DNA of 64,000 bases from an uncultured delta proteobacterium (GCA_963715335.1 CAVQRZ010000014.1:160001-224000); one strand, 5' to 3'; numbered from the stretch's first letter, positions 9,489-18,982 are shown. Notes: generated by a model from the letters alone, not told the origin. Program-made: numbers and translations.

Positions 9489-10112
9489 TCAGGGTTTGTC
9501 CGCTGCGCGTGGCAGCCGCTCACTTTTGTGGGTTAAAACCCTGCCCAGCCCGAGCAGACCGACCACGGTGAAAAAGACTCCTCGCCATTTCACCGGTTGT
9601 TTCCCTTCACTCAGAAAGATCACATCTTCGGCTACGTCGAGGCCTGTCTGCTGGGCCAGTTTCAGAAGTTTCTGCTGGTTCCCTCTGACGATGAGGCCAG
9701 CAACCAGCATACCGGTGATCTCGCGCTGCCCTTTGAATGTCCCCGCATGCTTTTGACGGAAGGCCTGTTTCTCCGGGATCGTATCGGTGAAGAAATGGTA
9801 GTCCTTGAAGAGTTGCAGAAGTTCGGGGTCGCGGGTTTCCACCATGACCCGGATCCGTTCCTGGTCGGGATGGGGCACGAGGGGGACCAGGAGGGCTTCC
9901 ATTGCTACGGAGCCGGAAGTCGAGATCGCCCGGTCCAGGTCCAGGTAGCCGGCTGCTACGCTCAGCCATTCCTGCGGCGCGCCGCTGTCCTCCAGTTGGC
10001 TGATCGTGACTGGTTGTGGCGACTGGTTGTTGAACCAGAGCAGCAGGTCGTTGCCACCGAGATAGAGCAGGACCAGGCAGATGGCGATCAGGGTGAATCG
10101 AAAACGTTTCAT
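9489..10112 (-). CDS. Hypothetical membrane protein (N- and C-terminal TM helices)
   Basis: 207-aa ORF with host-like codon use and hydrophobic segments at both ends. Confidence 0.7.
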   Translation of the reverse strand: MKRFRFTLIAICLVLLYLGGNDLLLWFNNQSPQPVTISQLEDSGAPQEWLSVAAGYLDLDRAISTSGSVAMEALLVPLVPHPDQERIRVMVETRDPELLQLFKDYHFFTDTIPEKQAFRQKHAGTFKGQREITGMLVAGLIVRGNQQKLLKLAQQTGLDVAEDVIFLSEGKQPVKWRGVFFTVVGLLGLGRVLTHKSERLPRAADKP

Positions 10113-10154
10113 ATGTTAGTTCCGAAGTTGGGATGTCCCCGCCAAACACAAAGA

Positions 10155-10178
10155 GAGGGGCTGCCGGAGCAGCCCCTC
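10155..10178 (-). terminator. Rho-independent terminator after actP
   Basis: GAGGGGCTGC-cgga-GCAGCCCCTC hairpin with a T-rich tail on the minus strand. Confidence 0.7.
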
Positions 10179-10213
10179 CACTCTTTACAATGTTTCTATC
10201 AATGATGCAAGGA

Positions 10214-12145
10214 TCAGGCTTCTGCGCCTTCCTCGATCATGGCCCCCTTCTTCTGGGTAACCAGGGAAACGAGAACCAGGGCGATGAAGCTGGCCGGGAT
10301 CGAGATGGCGGCCGGACTGTTGAAGGCAACCGGTGCGTCCTGCGGCAGCAGACCGTATCGGACCCACATGTCCGGCGAGACCAGGATCAGGCCGAGAGAA
10401 GATGTCAGACCGATCAGAATTGACGCAGCGACGCCCTGGGCCGTGGTCTTCTTCCAGAACAGGATCATCAGGATCGCCGGCAGGTTCGCCGATGCGGCGA
10501 CTGCGAAGGCCCATCCGACCAGGAAGGAAACATTCATCCCTTCGAAGATGATGCCGAGGTAGATAGCGATAGCACCGATGACCATGGCCGAAATCTTTCC
10601 GGCCCTGACTTTGCCTTGCTCGGTCATGTTCATGCCGAAGAAGTTGTCCATCAGGTCGTGTGCTACCGCGCCGGCCGATGCGACAATCAGTCCGGATACG
10701 GTGCCGAGCACCGTAGCGAAGGCCAGTGACGAAATGACTGCGAAAAGGACGACCCCGAAGGAGAGGGCCAGCAACGGTGCCGACATGTTGTTGTCGGTGA
10801 TGTTGATGACGCCGTTGGTCATCGCGCCGAGACCGAGGTACAGGGTCAGGATGTAGAAGAAACCGATTGCGGCGATGCCGACGATGGTCGATTTACGCGC
10901 AGCCGCCTGGCTCGGAACCGTGTAGTAGCGGATCAGGATGTGAGGCAGCGCTGCAGTCCCGCAGAACAGGGCGAGCATCAGCGAGATGAAGTTGAATTTT
11001 TCCAGGCCGGTTGCGTTGTCGACCTTGAACTTCAGGCCGGGGCGCAGGATGCGGCTGCCGGGAGTTGGCTTCTGATAGTAGATGGTGGTCGTGGCATCAC
11101 CAACCTTGACGTACTTTTTGCCCCAGAGCACCACGGTGCTCTCCTTGAAGCGATTCAGAAACTCCAGCGGGCCGACCGCACCGGTCTGGGCAATTTCCTT
11201 GCCGTCGACTTTGATTTCCTTGATGTGACCGACCGCATAAAACTTGCCGTCCTCTTTGGGTGCACCGTTGAACAGCTTGGTGCCATCGGCCAGTTCGGTC
11301 GTGTAAAGGGCCTCGGCCAGTTCGAAGCCGCCAGCCGGGTTTTCCTTGAGGTGCCAGACGGTTTCGTTGCCGTCCTTGGCCAGCTTGACGAAGCCGGCTT
11401 TACCGAATTCGGAGTCAAGCCCGTCAACCACAGCATAGCCTGGCACTTGCAGCTCACCGTTGGCGACAACGGCCTGCAGGTCCTGGAACTTGTGGTACTC
11501 CTTGGTGCCGCCCTGATTGGGCTCGGTGCCCAGGCCACGGAACAGCACCAGGCCGACGACGATGGTTGAGCAGATCAGGAGCAGTGCGCCCTTGAAGAAC
11601 TGCACGTAGGTGGTTGAGGCCATGCCGGCCGTCGCAACGATGATCGTTACCACCACACCGACAATGCAGACGCCGACCCAGTGCGGCATGCCGAGCAGAG
11701 GCTGAACCAGGACGCCGGCGCCGACCATCTGCGGGATCAGGTAGAAGACCGAGATGGCCAGAGTTGAAATCGCAGCCATGAGCTGGATCGCTTTGGAGTT
11801 GAACTTGGAGTCGAGAGCGTCGGTGAAGGTGTACTTGCCAAGGCGCTTCATCGGTTCGGCGACCAGGAAGAGGGCGACCATCCAGCCGGCCAGGTAGCCG
11901 ATCGAATACATCCAGCCGTCGAAACCGGCGGTTGCGATCATGCCGCAAATACCGAGGAAGGATGCTGCCGAGAGGTAGTCGCCAGCGAAGGCAATGCCGT
12001 TGGTGAACCAGTGGATGTTGCCGCCGGCGGCGTAGTAGCCGGCAGCCGAGGTGGTTCGGCGTGCCAGGTAGAACGACAGGCCGAGGACAAACAGGACAAA
12101 CATGACGAACAGGCCGATGGCCAGAGGTGATTGTGTGTATATCAT
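10214..12145 (-). CDS. actP: Cation/acetate symporter, sodium:solute symporter family
   Basis: NGIAFAGDYLSAASFLG, FYLIPQMVGAG, GTAALPHILIRYYTVP..AARKS, AFATVLGTVSGL and AFAVAASANLP; paired with a DUF485 gene. Confidence 0.92.
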   Translation of the reverse strand: MIYTQSPLAIGLFVMFVLFVLGLSFYLARRTTSAAGYYAAGGNIHWFTNGIAFAGDYLSAASFLGICGMIATAGFDGWMYSIGYLAGWMVALFLVAEPMKRLGKYTFTDALDSKFNSKAIQLMAAISTLAISVFYLIPQMVGAGVLVQPLLGMPHWVGVCIVGVVVTIIVATAGMASTTYVQFFKGALLLICSTIVVGLVLFRGLGTEPNQGGTKEYHKFQDLQAVVANGELQVPGYAVVDGLDSEFGKAGFVKLAKDGNETVWHLKENPAGGFELAEALYTTELADGTKLFNGAPKEDGKFYAVGHIKEIKVDGKEIAQTGAVGPLEFLNRFKESTVVLWGKKYVKVGDATTTIYYQKPTPGSRILRPGLKFKVDNATGLEKFNFISLMLALFCGTAALPHILIRYYTVPSQAAARKSTIVGIAAIGFFYILTLYLGLGAMTNGVINITDNNMSAPLLALSFGVVLFAVISSLAFATVLGTVSGLIVASAGAVAHDLMDNFFGMNMTEQGKVRAGKISAMVIGAIAIYLGIIFEGMNVSFLVGWAFAVAASANLPAILMILFWKKTTAQGVAASILIGLTSSLGLILVSPDMWVRYGLLPQDAPVAFNSPAAISIPASFIALVLVSLVTQKKGAMIEEGAEA

Positions 12146-12160
12146 GGTGGTTTCCCCCTA

Positions 12161-12424
12161 TCAGTTCAGGCGCGCTTCAGCGGCGGTACAGAAGTGGTTG
12201 TAGATGATCGCCAGCACGAATGCAAAGATGATCAGGAAGAAGCCGTAGAGCACGGCGAGGGTCTGGCCGAAATAGACTTTTTCCATCAATGCCGGGTAGG
12301 CGGCGTTGATGACGACAAAGCCGAAGTAGGTCAGAGTGTAGACGATGAACATCGTAACGCCGAGTCTGGTCTTGTACCCGGCGGCGTTGTCCTTGCCGAG
12401 TTTTGCTGCTGGTCCGTGTCCCAT
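12161..12424 (-). CDS. DUF485 (YjcH-like) small membrane protein, ActP partner
   Basis: 87 aa with two TM helices, directly upstream of actP. Confidence 0.85.
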   Translation of the reverse strand: MGHGPAAKLGKDNAAGYKTRLGVTMFIVYTLTYFGFVVINAAYPALMEKVYFGQTLAVLYGFFLIIFAFVLAIIYNHFCTAAEARLN

Positions 12425-12945
12425 GGGTAATGACTCCTTTTCCTGTGTGATTTACCTGATTTGTCTCCGAAATAACTACATCTGGCAATCATATGGCAAT
12501 AAGTTTTCGCAGCCATACAAGCTGCTCAGCATATCATAAAGCTAGGGATTCCAACTGCTTGGTCCAGGTTGAAGCTTCCAGATAAGGCCTTGGGATTGCA
12601 CAATTGTAAGAGAGAGCTAAGGGTACGTATGCGCGATAAATAACCAAATCATGGTGGTATTTTTTGCGACATGATACGTCGTTCTAAAAAGAAGTCAATA
12701 AAAAATTTCACATAAACAGGCCACTTATTGAGGGGGTTAGGATAAAGTGTGCGGAATTTCAGGAGATTTAACTTCTGTAAAAAAATAACTGATCGTGGGG
12801 ATAAAAAGACGTTTTATCTTATAGGTTAAAAGTTTATCAATATGGTTTTCGAGATAAAAAACGCTCTGTACTTTACCTAGCTTGACGGGTCAAGTTATAA
12901 GGTCAAGTCAGGGTAGCGATGTGGCTTACAGGGAAAGGTCTGCTC

Positions 12946-13131
12946 ATGATCAAATACAAAGTGGTCGAACTCTCCGTGGTGACCGATGAGTCATTGGAAG
13001 AGGTGTTGAACCAGTTGAGTGTGAAGGGATGGCATTTCGACGGTATCCAGTTTGTTGTACGCGAGGCAAGCAAAAGACCATCGATGGCCTTCGTGCTTTT
13101 TACCCGTGATATTTCAGATGAGCAGGTCTAA
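12946..13131 (+). CDS. DUF4177-like small protein
   Basis: MIKYKVVEL...LEEVLNQLSVKGWHF...FVLFTR pattern. Confidence 0.75.
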   Translation: MIKYKVVELSVVTDESLEEVLNQLSVKGWHFDGIQFVVREASKRPSMAFVLFTRDISDEQV

Positions 13132-13304
13132 TCTGACCAGTTCTCTACATCTTCGTATGTGATCGTATGACGCGGGTCCGAAGACGGGGAGGCGCCGCAG
13201 CGCTGGCAGGTCGGTTCCACAGGTTCGTCTTCAACAATTTCGACGACGCTCAGTTCCAGCCGTTTACCACGACAACTGCAATACCATTTGCGATGTTGTG
13301 ACAT
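13128..13304 (-). CDS. 58-aa small protein with CxC...CxxC (putative zinc ribbon); absent from ORF track
   Basis: Manual translation MSQHRKWYCSCRGKRLELSVVEIVEDEPVEPTCQRCGASPSSDPRHTITYEDVENWSD*. GGAGG RBS upstream; stop overlaps the convergent DUF4177 stop. Confidence 0.72.
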   Translation of the reverse strand: MSQHRKWYCSCRGKRLELSVVEIVEDEPVEPTCQRCGASPSSDPRHTITYEDVENWSD

Positions 13305-13450
13305 GGGCTCCTCCCGTTTCGATGTATGTTCCAGTTAGCAGTATGGCAGGGAATGGTGAGGATGCAATTAAATCACTGGTCAGGGCAACAGGATGGTTCA
13401 TCTGTTGCCTTTTTCTTTGTACTCTGGAATTCAAAGATAAAACAAAAAGC

Positions 13451-13860
13451 AAAACCCGGGGGTTGCGCCCCCCGACTGCGCCTTACTCTTTTGCTGGCCC
13501 AAAAGAGTAAGCAGAAAAGGGCCTGCGCTGCGCTGGGCATGTCTGGCTCGAAAAGGCGGCAACCTCAATCCGGATCGTTCTAAACGATCAAGAGCCTACG
13601 CTTCCCCCGCAGGAGCCGAGGCTCTTGAGAGCCTCTCCTGCTGTGGAGGCTTGCGTCGGTAGGGGATGTTTTGGCTTTTCCCTGTAAATCACACGGAAAG
13701 GTCAGGCCCTTTGACACAGGGCCGGATCCCCATCAGCAAAGGTTGTTGAAGTCACAGAAATCCGGCAAAGGAGATGCCCTCCGCAAGGAGAAGGCACTTT
13801 TGCATACTTTTGTTGCCGGACAAAAGTATGGCGTCGGGCGGGACGCGACCCGCCGGTTTT
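13451..13860. repeat. ~410 bp structured non-coding repeat, copy 1 (MITE/REPIN-like element or structured RNA)
   Basis: Reverse complement of 40613-41025 (about 94% identical by manual alignment). Many hairpins; 12-bp inverted ends AAAAGCAAAACC/GGTTTTGCTTTT at 13445-13456 and 13855-13866. Confidence 0.92.
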
Positions 13861-13890
13861 GCTTTTAAGCATTTCAAGAACAAAGAACAA

Positions 13891-13918
13891 GGGCAACAGA
13901 TGAAACCCTCTGTTGCCC
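13891..13918 (-). terminator. Terminator hairpin after trpS
   Basis: GGGCAACAGA...TCTGTTGCCC 10-bp stem with a T-rich tail on the minus strand. Confidence 0.6.
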
Positions 13919-13952
13919 CTAATTTTTCTTCACTGAACCCTACGGTCAAAAA

Positions 13953-14918
13953 TCAGTAGACAAGTCCGGTTTTCTTCCGCACCTTGCGCAACGTCTTGCT
14001 CGCCGCCCAGCGGGCCTTCTCGGCGCCCCTGGCAAGAGTCGCCCGGAGACTGTCGGGGTTGGCGAGCAGTTCCTTGCGAGATTCAGCCTGCGGTGCAAAG
14101 TAATCCCGGACCGTTTCAAAGAGCTCCTGCTTGACATCGCCGAACGCCAGGCCACCGGCCTCGTATCTTTGCCTCAGGGCAGCATCACCAGCCTTGTCGA
14201 GAAAGAGACGGAAGATCTTGTAGACATTGCAGGCGTCAGGGTCTTTCGGGTCTTCGACCGGGATCGGTCCGGTGACAATGCGCATAATCTGTTTGCGCAG
14301 CGCCTTGTCCTCGGCGAACAGGTCGATGGTGTTGCCGTAGCTCTTGCTCATCTTCTGACCGTCGAGCCCGGGGACCGTGGCGACGTCGTCGTCAATTTCG
14401 GGCTCAGGCAGGGTGAAAATCTCGCCGTATTCGTTGTTGAACTTGATAGCGATGTCCCGTGCGACTTCGACGTGCTGCTTCTGGTCCTTGCCGACGGGGA
14501 CTTTTTCGCTCTGGAACAGCAGTATGTCGGCGGTCATCAGAACCGGGTAGGCGAACAGGCCATGATTGGCGGCGATCCCTTTGCCGACCTTGTCCTTGTA
14601 GCTGTGGCAGCGCTCCAGCAGGCCCATCGGCGTAAAGTTGGAAAGAATCCAGGTCAGTTCCTGGACCTCCGGCACGTCGGATTGCACCCAGAAGGTGCTC
14701 TTCTCAGGGTCCATGCCGAGCGCCAGGAAGTTGGCTGCCGCCTCGATGGTGCCGCGGGCGAGGGCCTTGCCGTCGCTGAGCGAGGTCTGGGCATGGTAGT
14801 TGGCGATGAAACAGAAAAGCTCGGACTCTTCCTGGTAGGCAATCATCTTCGACATCATGCCGAAGTAGTTGCCAAGGTGTAAAGAGCCGGAAGGTTGTAT
14901 GCCGGACAGAACGCGCAT
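13953..14918 (-). CDS. trpS: Tryptophanyl-tRNA synthetase
   Basis: SGIQPSGSLHLGNYFG (HIGH-like), YPVLMTADIL, VPVGKDQKQH and KMSKS. Confidence 0.97.
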   Translation of the reverse strand: MRVLSGIQPSGSLHLGNYFGMMSKMIAYQEESELFCFIANYHAQTSLSDGKALARGTIEAAANFLALGMDPEKSTFWVQSDVPEVQELTWILSNFTPMGLLERCHSYKDKVGKGIAANHGLFAYPVLMTADILLFQSEKVPVGKDQKQHVEVARDIAIKFNNEYGEIFTLPEPEIDDDVATVPGLDGQKMSKSYGNTIDLFAEDKALRKQIMRIVTGPIPVEDPKDPDACNVYKIFRLFLDKAGDAALRQRYEAGGLAFGDVKQELFETVRDYFAPQAESRKELLANPDSLRATLARGAEKARWAASKTLRKVRKKTGLVY

Positions 14919-15255
14919 GTCGATACCTCTTGAACAGTTGGTTTCTCTTTGTCCGAGGGAAACTATCAGAAATGGGAACAGAATTCAATTGGAGAGAATG
15001 CAGGTGTAACTGCTGTAAAACCGCGAGCCCCGAGGTGAAGGTCAGCAAGCGCGCCGCGGCGAGAAGGTCGGATCATTGCGTCGAGGGTCCGGTCTGGATG
15101 TCAGTTATGTCTGGGCCGGTGTGCAAACGCACATGGGAATCTCAGCGTGATTGCCCGAACAGTAAAGCGTTGCTTCGCTGAGCAGTTTGCATCATGGCCG
15201 CGTGGGTCCGCCTTGTCAGGCAGAGTTCCGCGGCCATGATGCAAACCGGTCGTGT

Positions 15256-16119
15256 CTAAAAACTGAAGGTGGTGCGGATCGTGCCGGTCTGCGTCGAGCC
15301 TTCACCATCGCTGTGGCCGAAAGCGTAGCCGGCCTTGATCTCCATCCTGTCCCACAGGGGGATGATCAGTTGCGGGACGGCCTGGACAATCTGCCGGTCG
15401 TTGAAGTCGGTGCTGTAGAGGACCTCGAAGGCGGGTTTTATGAATCCTTCCGCATTATAGACCGCCCCCCCGCTCAGGTTCAGCAGGTAGAATTCGGTCC
15501 CGTTATCACTCGGGTTGATGTCGTCAGAGTCAAAATAATAGCGACTATCCACGCTTGCCTGCAGGCGGATGTTCCGATCTGCTCTGGCATTGTCAACATT
15601 GAGACCGAGACGGGCGACACGCCCGGTGTGGTTATACACATCGTCGACGCTGGTTTCCAGCCGTGCAGACCGTGTGCCGCCACCGAAATAGATGGAAGAG
15701 TTGACAGGGTATTCGTCAGTCCTGGTGAGTTCTCTCTGCAGCACCAGGGTTGCGAAATCGTAGACGCCGCCATCGCCGTCGATGTCAACGGATTCGCCGG
15801 TCTCTATGACCTCAGCGTCACCGTCGGTATAGAAAGGATATTCGAAACGTACTTCCCAGCGCTTCTCCTGGCCGAAGGGCACGATGATTTCAGCTTTGGT
15901 CGAGTAGCCATCAAACTCGTTAGCTTCTTCCAGGGCGACATTCCTGAAGTTGTCGTAAGTGAGGTTCACCGTGATCCGTTGTACGTTGCGGGCATTCCGG
16001 GTATATATCGGCTCCAGTTCAAAAAGATTCTGCCGGGCCTTTCTCTCCCCACTGTCGGCGAGTGCGGAGGTGGCTAACAACAAGAGAATACCGATAACCA
16101 GAGAAGACACGTATTTCAT
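15256..16119 (-). CDS. Putative outer-membrane beta-barrel protein
   Basis: Signal peptide MKYVSSLVIGILLLLATSALA, amphipathic Y/F/G-rich strands and terminal Phe (TTFSF). GGAG RBS 8 nt before ATG16119. Confidence 0.7.
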   Translation of the reverse strand: MKYVSSLVIGILLLLATSALADSGERKARQNLFELEPIYTRNARNVQRITVNLTYDNFRNVALEEANEFDGYSTKAEIIVPFGQEKRWEVRFEYPFYTDGDAEVIETGESVDIDGDGGVYDFATLVLQRELTRTDEYPVNSSIYFGGGTRSARLETSVDDVYNHTGRVARLGLNVDNARADRNIRLQASVDSRYYFDSDDINPSDNGTEFYLLNLSGGAVYNAEGFIKPAFEVLYSTDFNDRQIVQAVPQLIIPLWDRMEIKAGYAFGHSDGEGSTQTGTIRTTFSF

Positions 16120-16325
16120 TTTCATAACTCCATTCCCGGGGGTTGATTTGTTTAAGTACTGAAGATGGATGAAACCAGTCAAATATCGTACAGCGTATGT
16201 CATCGGATCGACCTAGCCATCAAGCTGAACTTCTATCCGAAGTCCTCTCTATTGTCAAATTCATAAGTTTAGACGATTTCCTGCATAGACCTCGACGTGA
16301 CATCGAGCGGGCGATCGCCTGCCAC

Positions 16326-17270
16326 TCACGGATGCTTGGCGCCCTCTGGCGCATATACCGCGTCAGGGCGAGTTCCAGGCTTGCCCTCTGTCTCGTTGTT
16401 GTAGAAACGCTGAGTCGGGTAGGCGAAGTCGATGTCATCATGGGCTGCAAAGGCATCCAGGATATCTTCCCAGATTTCCTGTTCGGAGCCACGACGCCTG
16501 CGTGGTTCACAGAGATAGCGGATTGTCAGCATCACGCCGCAATCCTTGACCGTAGTGTAGACCACCGGGGTCAGTTTGGAATAAAAGATCATGAACTTCT
16601 TGGCGGCCTCCCTGAGCTTGCTGGCCGCAGAATCGCTCAGAGATGTGCCGTGCCTACGGGCAATTTCGGAAAGCAGTTGCTTCGCCTTGCGCCAGTCACT
16701 TTCGAAGGTTACCAGGACCGGGATTTCGTTCCAGATGTACTGAAACCCTTGGCTGTAGTTGGCCAGGACCTCATTGAATATCTTGCCGTTCGGGATATGG
16801 ATTACACGCCCCGTGCTCTGGTCGGAGTCAACCCAGTTGCCGATTTCCATCAGACTGAACATGAAGATTCTCTGGTCGATGACGTCGCCCCGGTCGGCAC
16901 CCAGTTGGATGCGGTCGCCGACCTTGAACGGTTGACGCCAGAGGATAAAAGCCCAACCAGCCAGGTTGACCAGAGGGGTCTGCAGGGCAATGGCCAGACC
17001 TGCGGAGAGCAGACCGAGATAAGTCGAAACGGCCTGGAAACCGGCAAACCATATCCGGCCTATGACGAGGAAGGCCAGCGGGTAGATGATGTAGGCGACG
17101 GTTTTGCGAATGCGGTACTGGACCTGGACCTCACGGTCACGCAGCAAAACGCTCATGATCAGTTTTTTGACCAACCAGAAGAAGACGATTGCAAGGATTG
17201 TGTAGAACACCCTGCTTTCGAAAAACTGTCCGCTTAAAAGATGATCTTTCAGTGAATTCAAGGTGTTCAT
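16326..17270 (-). CDS. Small-conductance mechanosensitive channel (MscS family)
   Basis: GLLSAGLAIALQ..NLAGW, PFKVGDRIQLG, IPNGKIF and IDFAYPT. Confidence 0.92.
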   Translation of the reverse strand: MNTLNSLKDHLLSGQFFESRVFYTILAIVFFWLVKKLIMSVLLRDREVQVQYRIRKTVAYIIYPLAFLVIGRIWFAGFQAVSTYLGLLSAGLAIALQTPLVNLAGWAFILWRQPFKVGDRIQLGADRGDVIDQRIFMFSLMEIGNWVDSDQSTGRVIHIPNGKIFNEVLANYSQGFQYIWNEIPVLVTFESDWRKAKQLLSEIARRHGTSLSDSAASKLREAAKKFMIFYSKLTPVVYTTVKDCGVMLTIRYLCEPRRRRGSEQEIWEDILDAFAAHDDIDFAYPTQRFYNNETEGKPGTRPDAVYAPEGAKHP

Positions 17271-17883
17271 GCTTTATCTGTTCCTCCAATAACCCCTTAA
17301 TACTAACGAAAAGTCAGCAGGGTGCAATGGTCAGGTGAGAAGATAATGGGGCTCTCCGTGTGAAGAGTCCTTTTATGGGCTGTGGTCGGTGGCGTTTGTC
17401 GTGAAAGTAGATATCGCGTTTGATCCATTGATGCCTAAAACCAAAACCCGCTTAACTCGGTCCATTTGCTGCAGAGGGCCCGGCCGTTGTTCATTCGTGC
17501 AATTCAAATCACGGCTGCGCTGCTAACAGTCTTCTTGCTGTGGCATTATATGGGAATAACCGAAAAAGTGGGTTTGGCGGTTTTCAGTTTGAGGTATATA
17601 CTTCAAGACTAATCTGTAGACTGCACCTGAGTCGCTCAGATCAAGGCCGTTAGGCTGCCGCGGAGGACTGTTCCCGATGTTTCACGTGTTACCGGACTAA
17701 GGTTAGCCAGTTCAACTTGCGGCCGGAAAGTGAAGAGTCGGAAGTGTCGTAGCGAGACCCAGGCACTTCGCGTTTCTGCAGATCGTCAGATGCATAAAGC
17801 TACGAAGGAAATAATCCAGCGGAGAGGCAATCTCGCACGGCATCACCTTCCCTTGTTGCGGAGGAAACTGTTTAAGGAGGCGT

Positions 17884-18900
17884 ATGACTAAATTTGCCGA
17901 ACATCTTCACGGAGGCCCAGTCACCGATGAAGAAATCAACAGGATTCGCAATGCTCTGCTGTTCGAACAGCCAGAAAGGAAACGCAAACTCACGCGGTTT
18001 TTCTGCCTCCTGGTTCTCGCCGCGTCTATCTCGACATTCGGGCTGATGGCGGACTCTGTCGCGACCGTTATCGGAGCGATGATCGTCGCCCCACTCATGC
18101 TTCCCATCATGGGCATGGCCTTTGGCGTAAGCCTTGCGGACCGCGGGATCATTCTAAATTCGCTAACTGTGTCGATCTTGGGTATAGCCACCGCAATTGC
18201 AGTCGGTTTCCTGCTCACATGGGGATTCCGCAACCTGGTCAACGTAGAGTCGATCACGCAGGTCATGATCCGCACCGAACCAAGGCTTGTCGATCTGTTC
18301 GCGGCACTGGCCACAGGCCTCGCTGGCGCCTTCGCCACCGGGCGGAAAGACGTTTCCGACACGCTTCCCGGGGTTGCTATCGCAATTTCCCTAGTCCCTC
18401 CGTTGACAAATGTGGGAATACTGCTCGCCGCCGGGCTACCGGATCTGGCAATGGGTAGCTTGCTCCTCTTTGTCACAAACTACTTGGCGATCCTTTTGAC
18501 TGGCTCATTGGTGTTCACAATGATGGGGTACCCCCGTGCGTACAACACGCTCCATTCGCGTTCCGCCCGGCGCACCACTGTCGCAATTACCATTGCGCTC
18601 CTCGCGGTTGTAACCATTCCGCTGTCGATGACAAGCTACAAAACCGTCCAGAACATTGTCGCCCAACAGCGTGTGGCAAACATCACCAAGGGCTGGTTGT
18701 CGGGTAGCGACTACCGGCTAGTCTCTGTAAATTCCGGGAATGGTGTGGTAAGGCTCGTCCTCGTTGGCCAGGGAGATCTCCCACCACAACATGACCTGGA
18801 AGATGCACTCCGAGGCAAACTCTTCCATTTGCCGGTCATCCTGGAAGTTCTACCCGGGACACGGAGCAGGTTCGAAACGATTGAGGTTGGCAGCCAGTAG
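17884..18900 (+). CDS. DUF389 / TIGR00341-type membrane protein
   Basis: DSVATVIGAMIVAPLMLPI and LPGVAIAISLVPPL motifs; AAGGAGG RBS. Confidence 0.88.
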   Translation: MTKFAEHLHGGPVTDEEINRIRNALLFEQPERKRKLTRFFCLLVLAASISTFGLMADSVATVIGAMIVAPLMLPIMGMAFGVSLADRGIILNSLTVSILGIATAIAVGFLLTWGFRNLVNVESITQVMIRTEPRLVDLFAALATGLAGAFATGRKDVSDTLPGVAIAISLVPPLTNVGILLAAGLPDLAMGSLLLFVTNYLAILLTGSLVFTMMGYPRAYNTLHSRSARRTTVAITIALLAVVTIPLSMTSYKTVQNIVAQQRVANITKGWLSGSDYRLVSVNSGNGVVRLVLVGQGDLPPQHDLEDALRGKLFHLPVILEVLPGTRSRFETIEVGSQ

Positions 18901-18982
18901 GTGTCTCATCAAAGTCACGTCCAACAGAGTTCTTGATACTGAGAGCTTGGTCGTTGGACCGCAAGAAGATTTCCGCTACAAG

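Noticed and set aside
13451..13860. Repeat as a CRISPR array, tRNA/rRNA fragment or T-box for trpS
   Set aside because: There is no repeat-spacer periodicity and no cloverleaf or rRNA motifs. It lies downstream of trpS and recurs at an unrelated locus.
13326..13959. Short ORFs overlapping repeat copy 1 (and 40490-40888 over copy 2)
   Set aside because: They are translations of the non-coding repeat. Indels between copies break the frames and no protein motifs are recognisable.
14930..15250. SRP RNA or leader RNA upstream of trpS
   Set aside because: No SRP helix-8 motif, T-box or Trp leader peptide could be identified.
17434..17448. 15-bp match CCTAAAACCAAAACC to the flank of repeat copy 2
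   Set aside because: It is low complexity and plausible by chance in 64 kb, and no element core follows.
17660..17880. Cyclic dinucleotide (GEMM) riboswitch upstream of DUF389
   Set aside because: There is only a loose ACCGGACTAAGG..TAGCC resemblance. The GGCAAAC..GAAA..GACGCAAAG core is absent.
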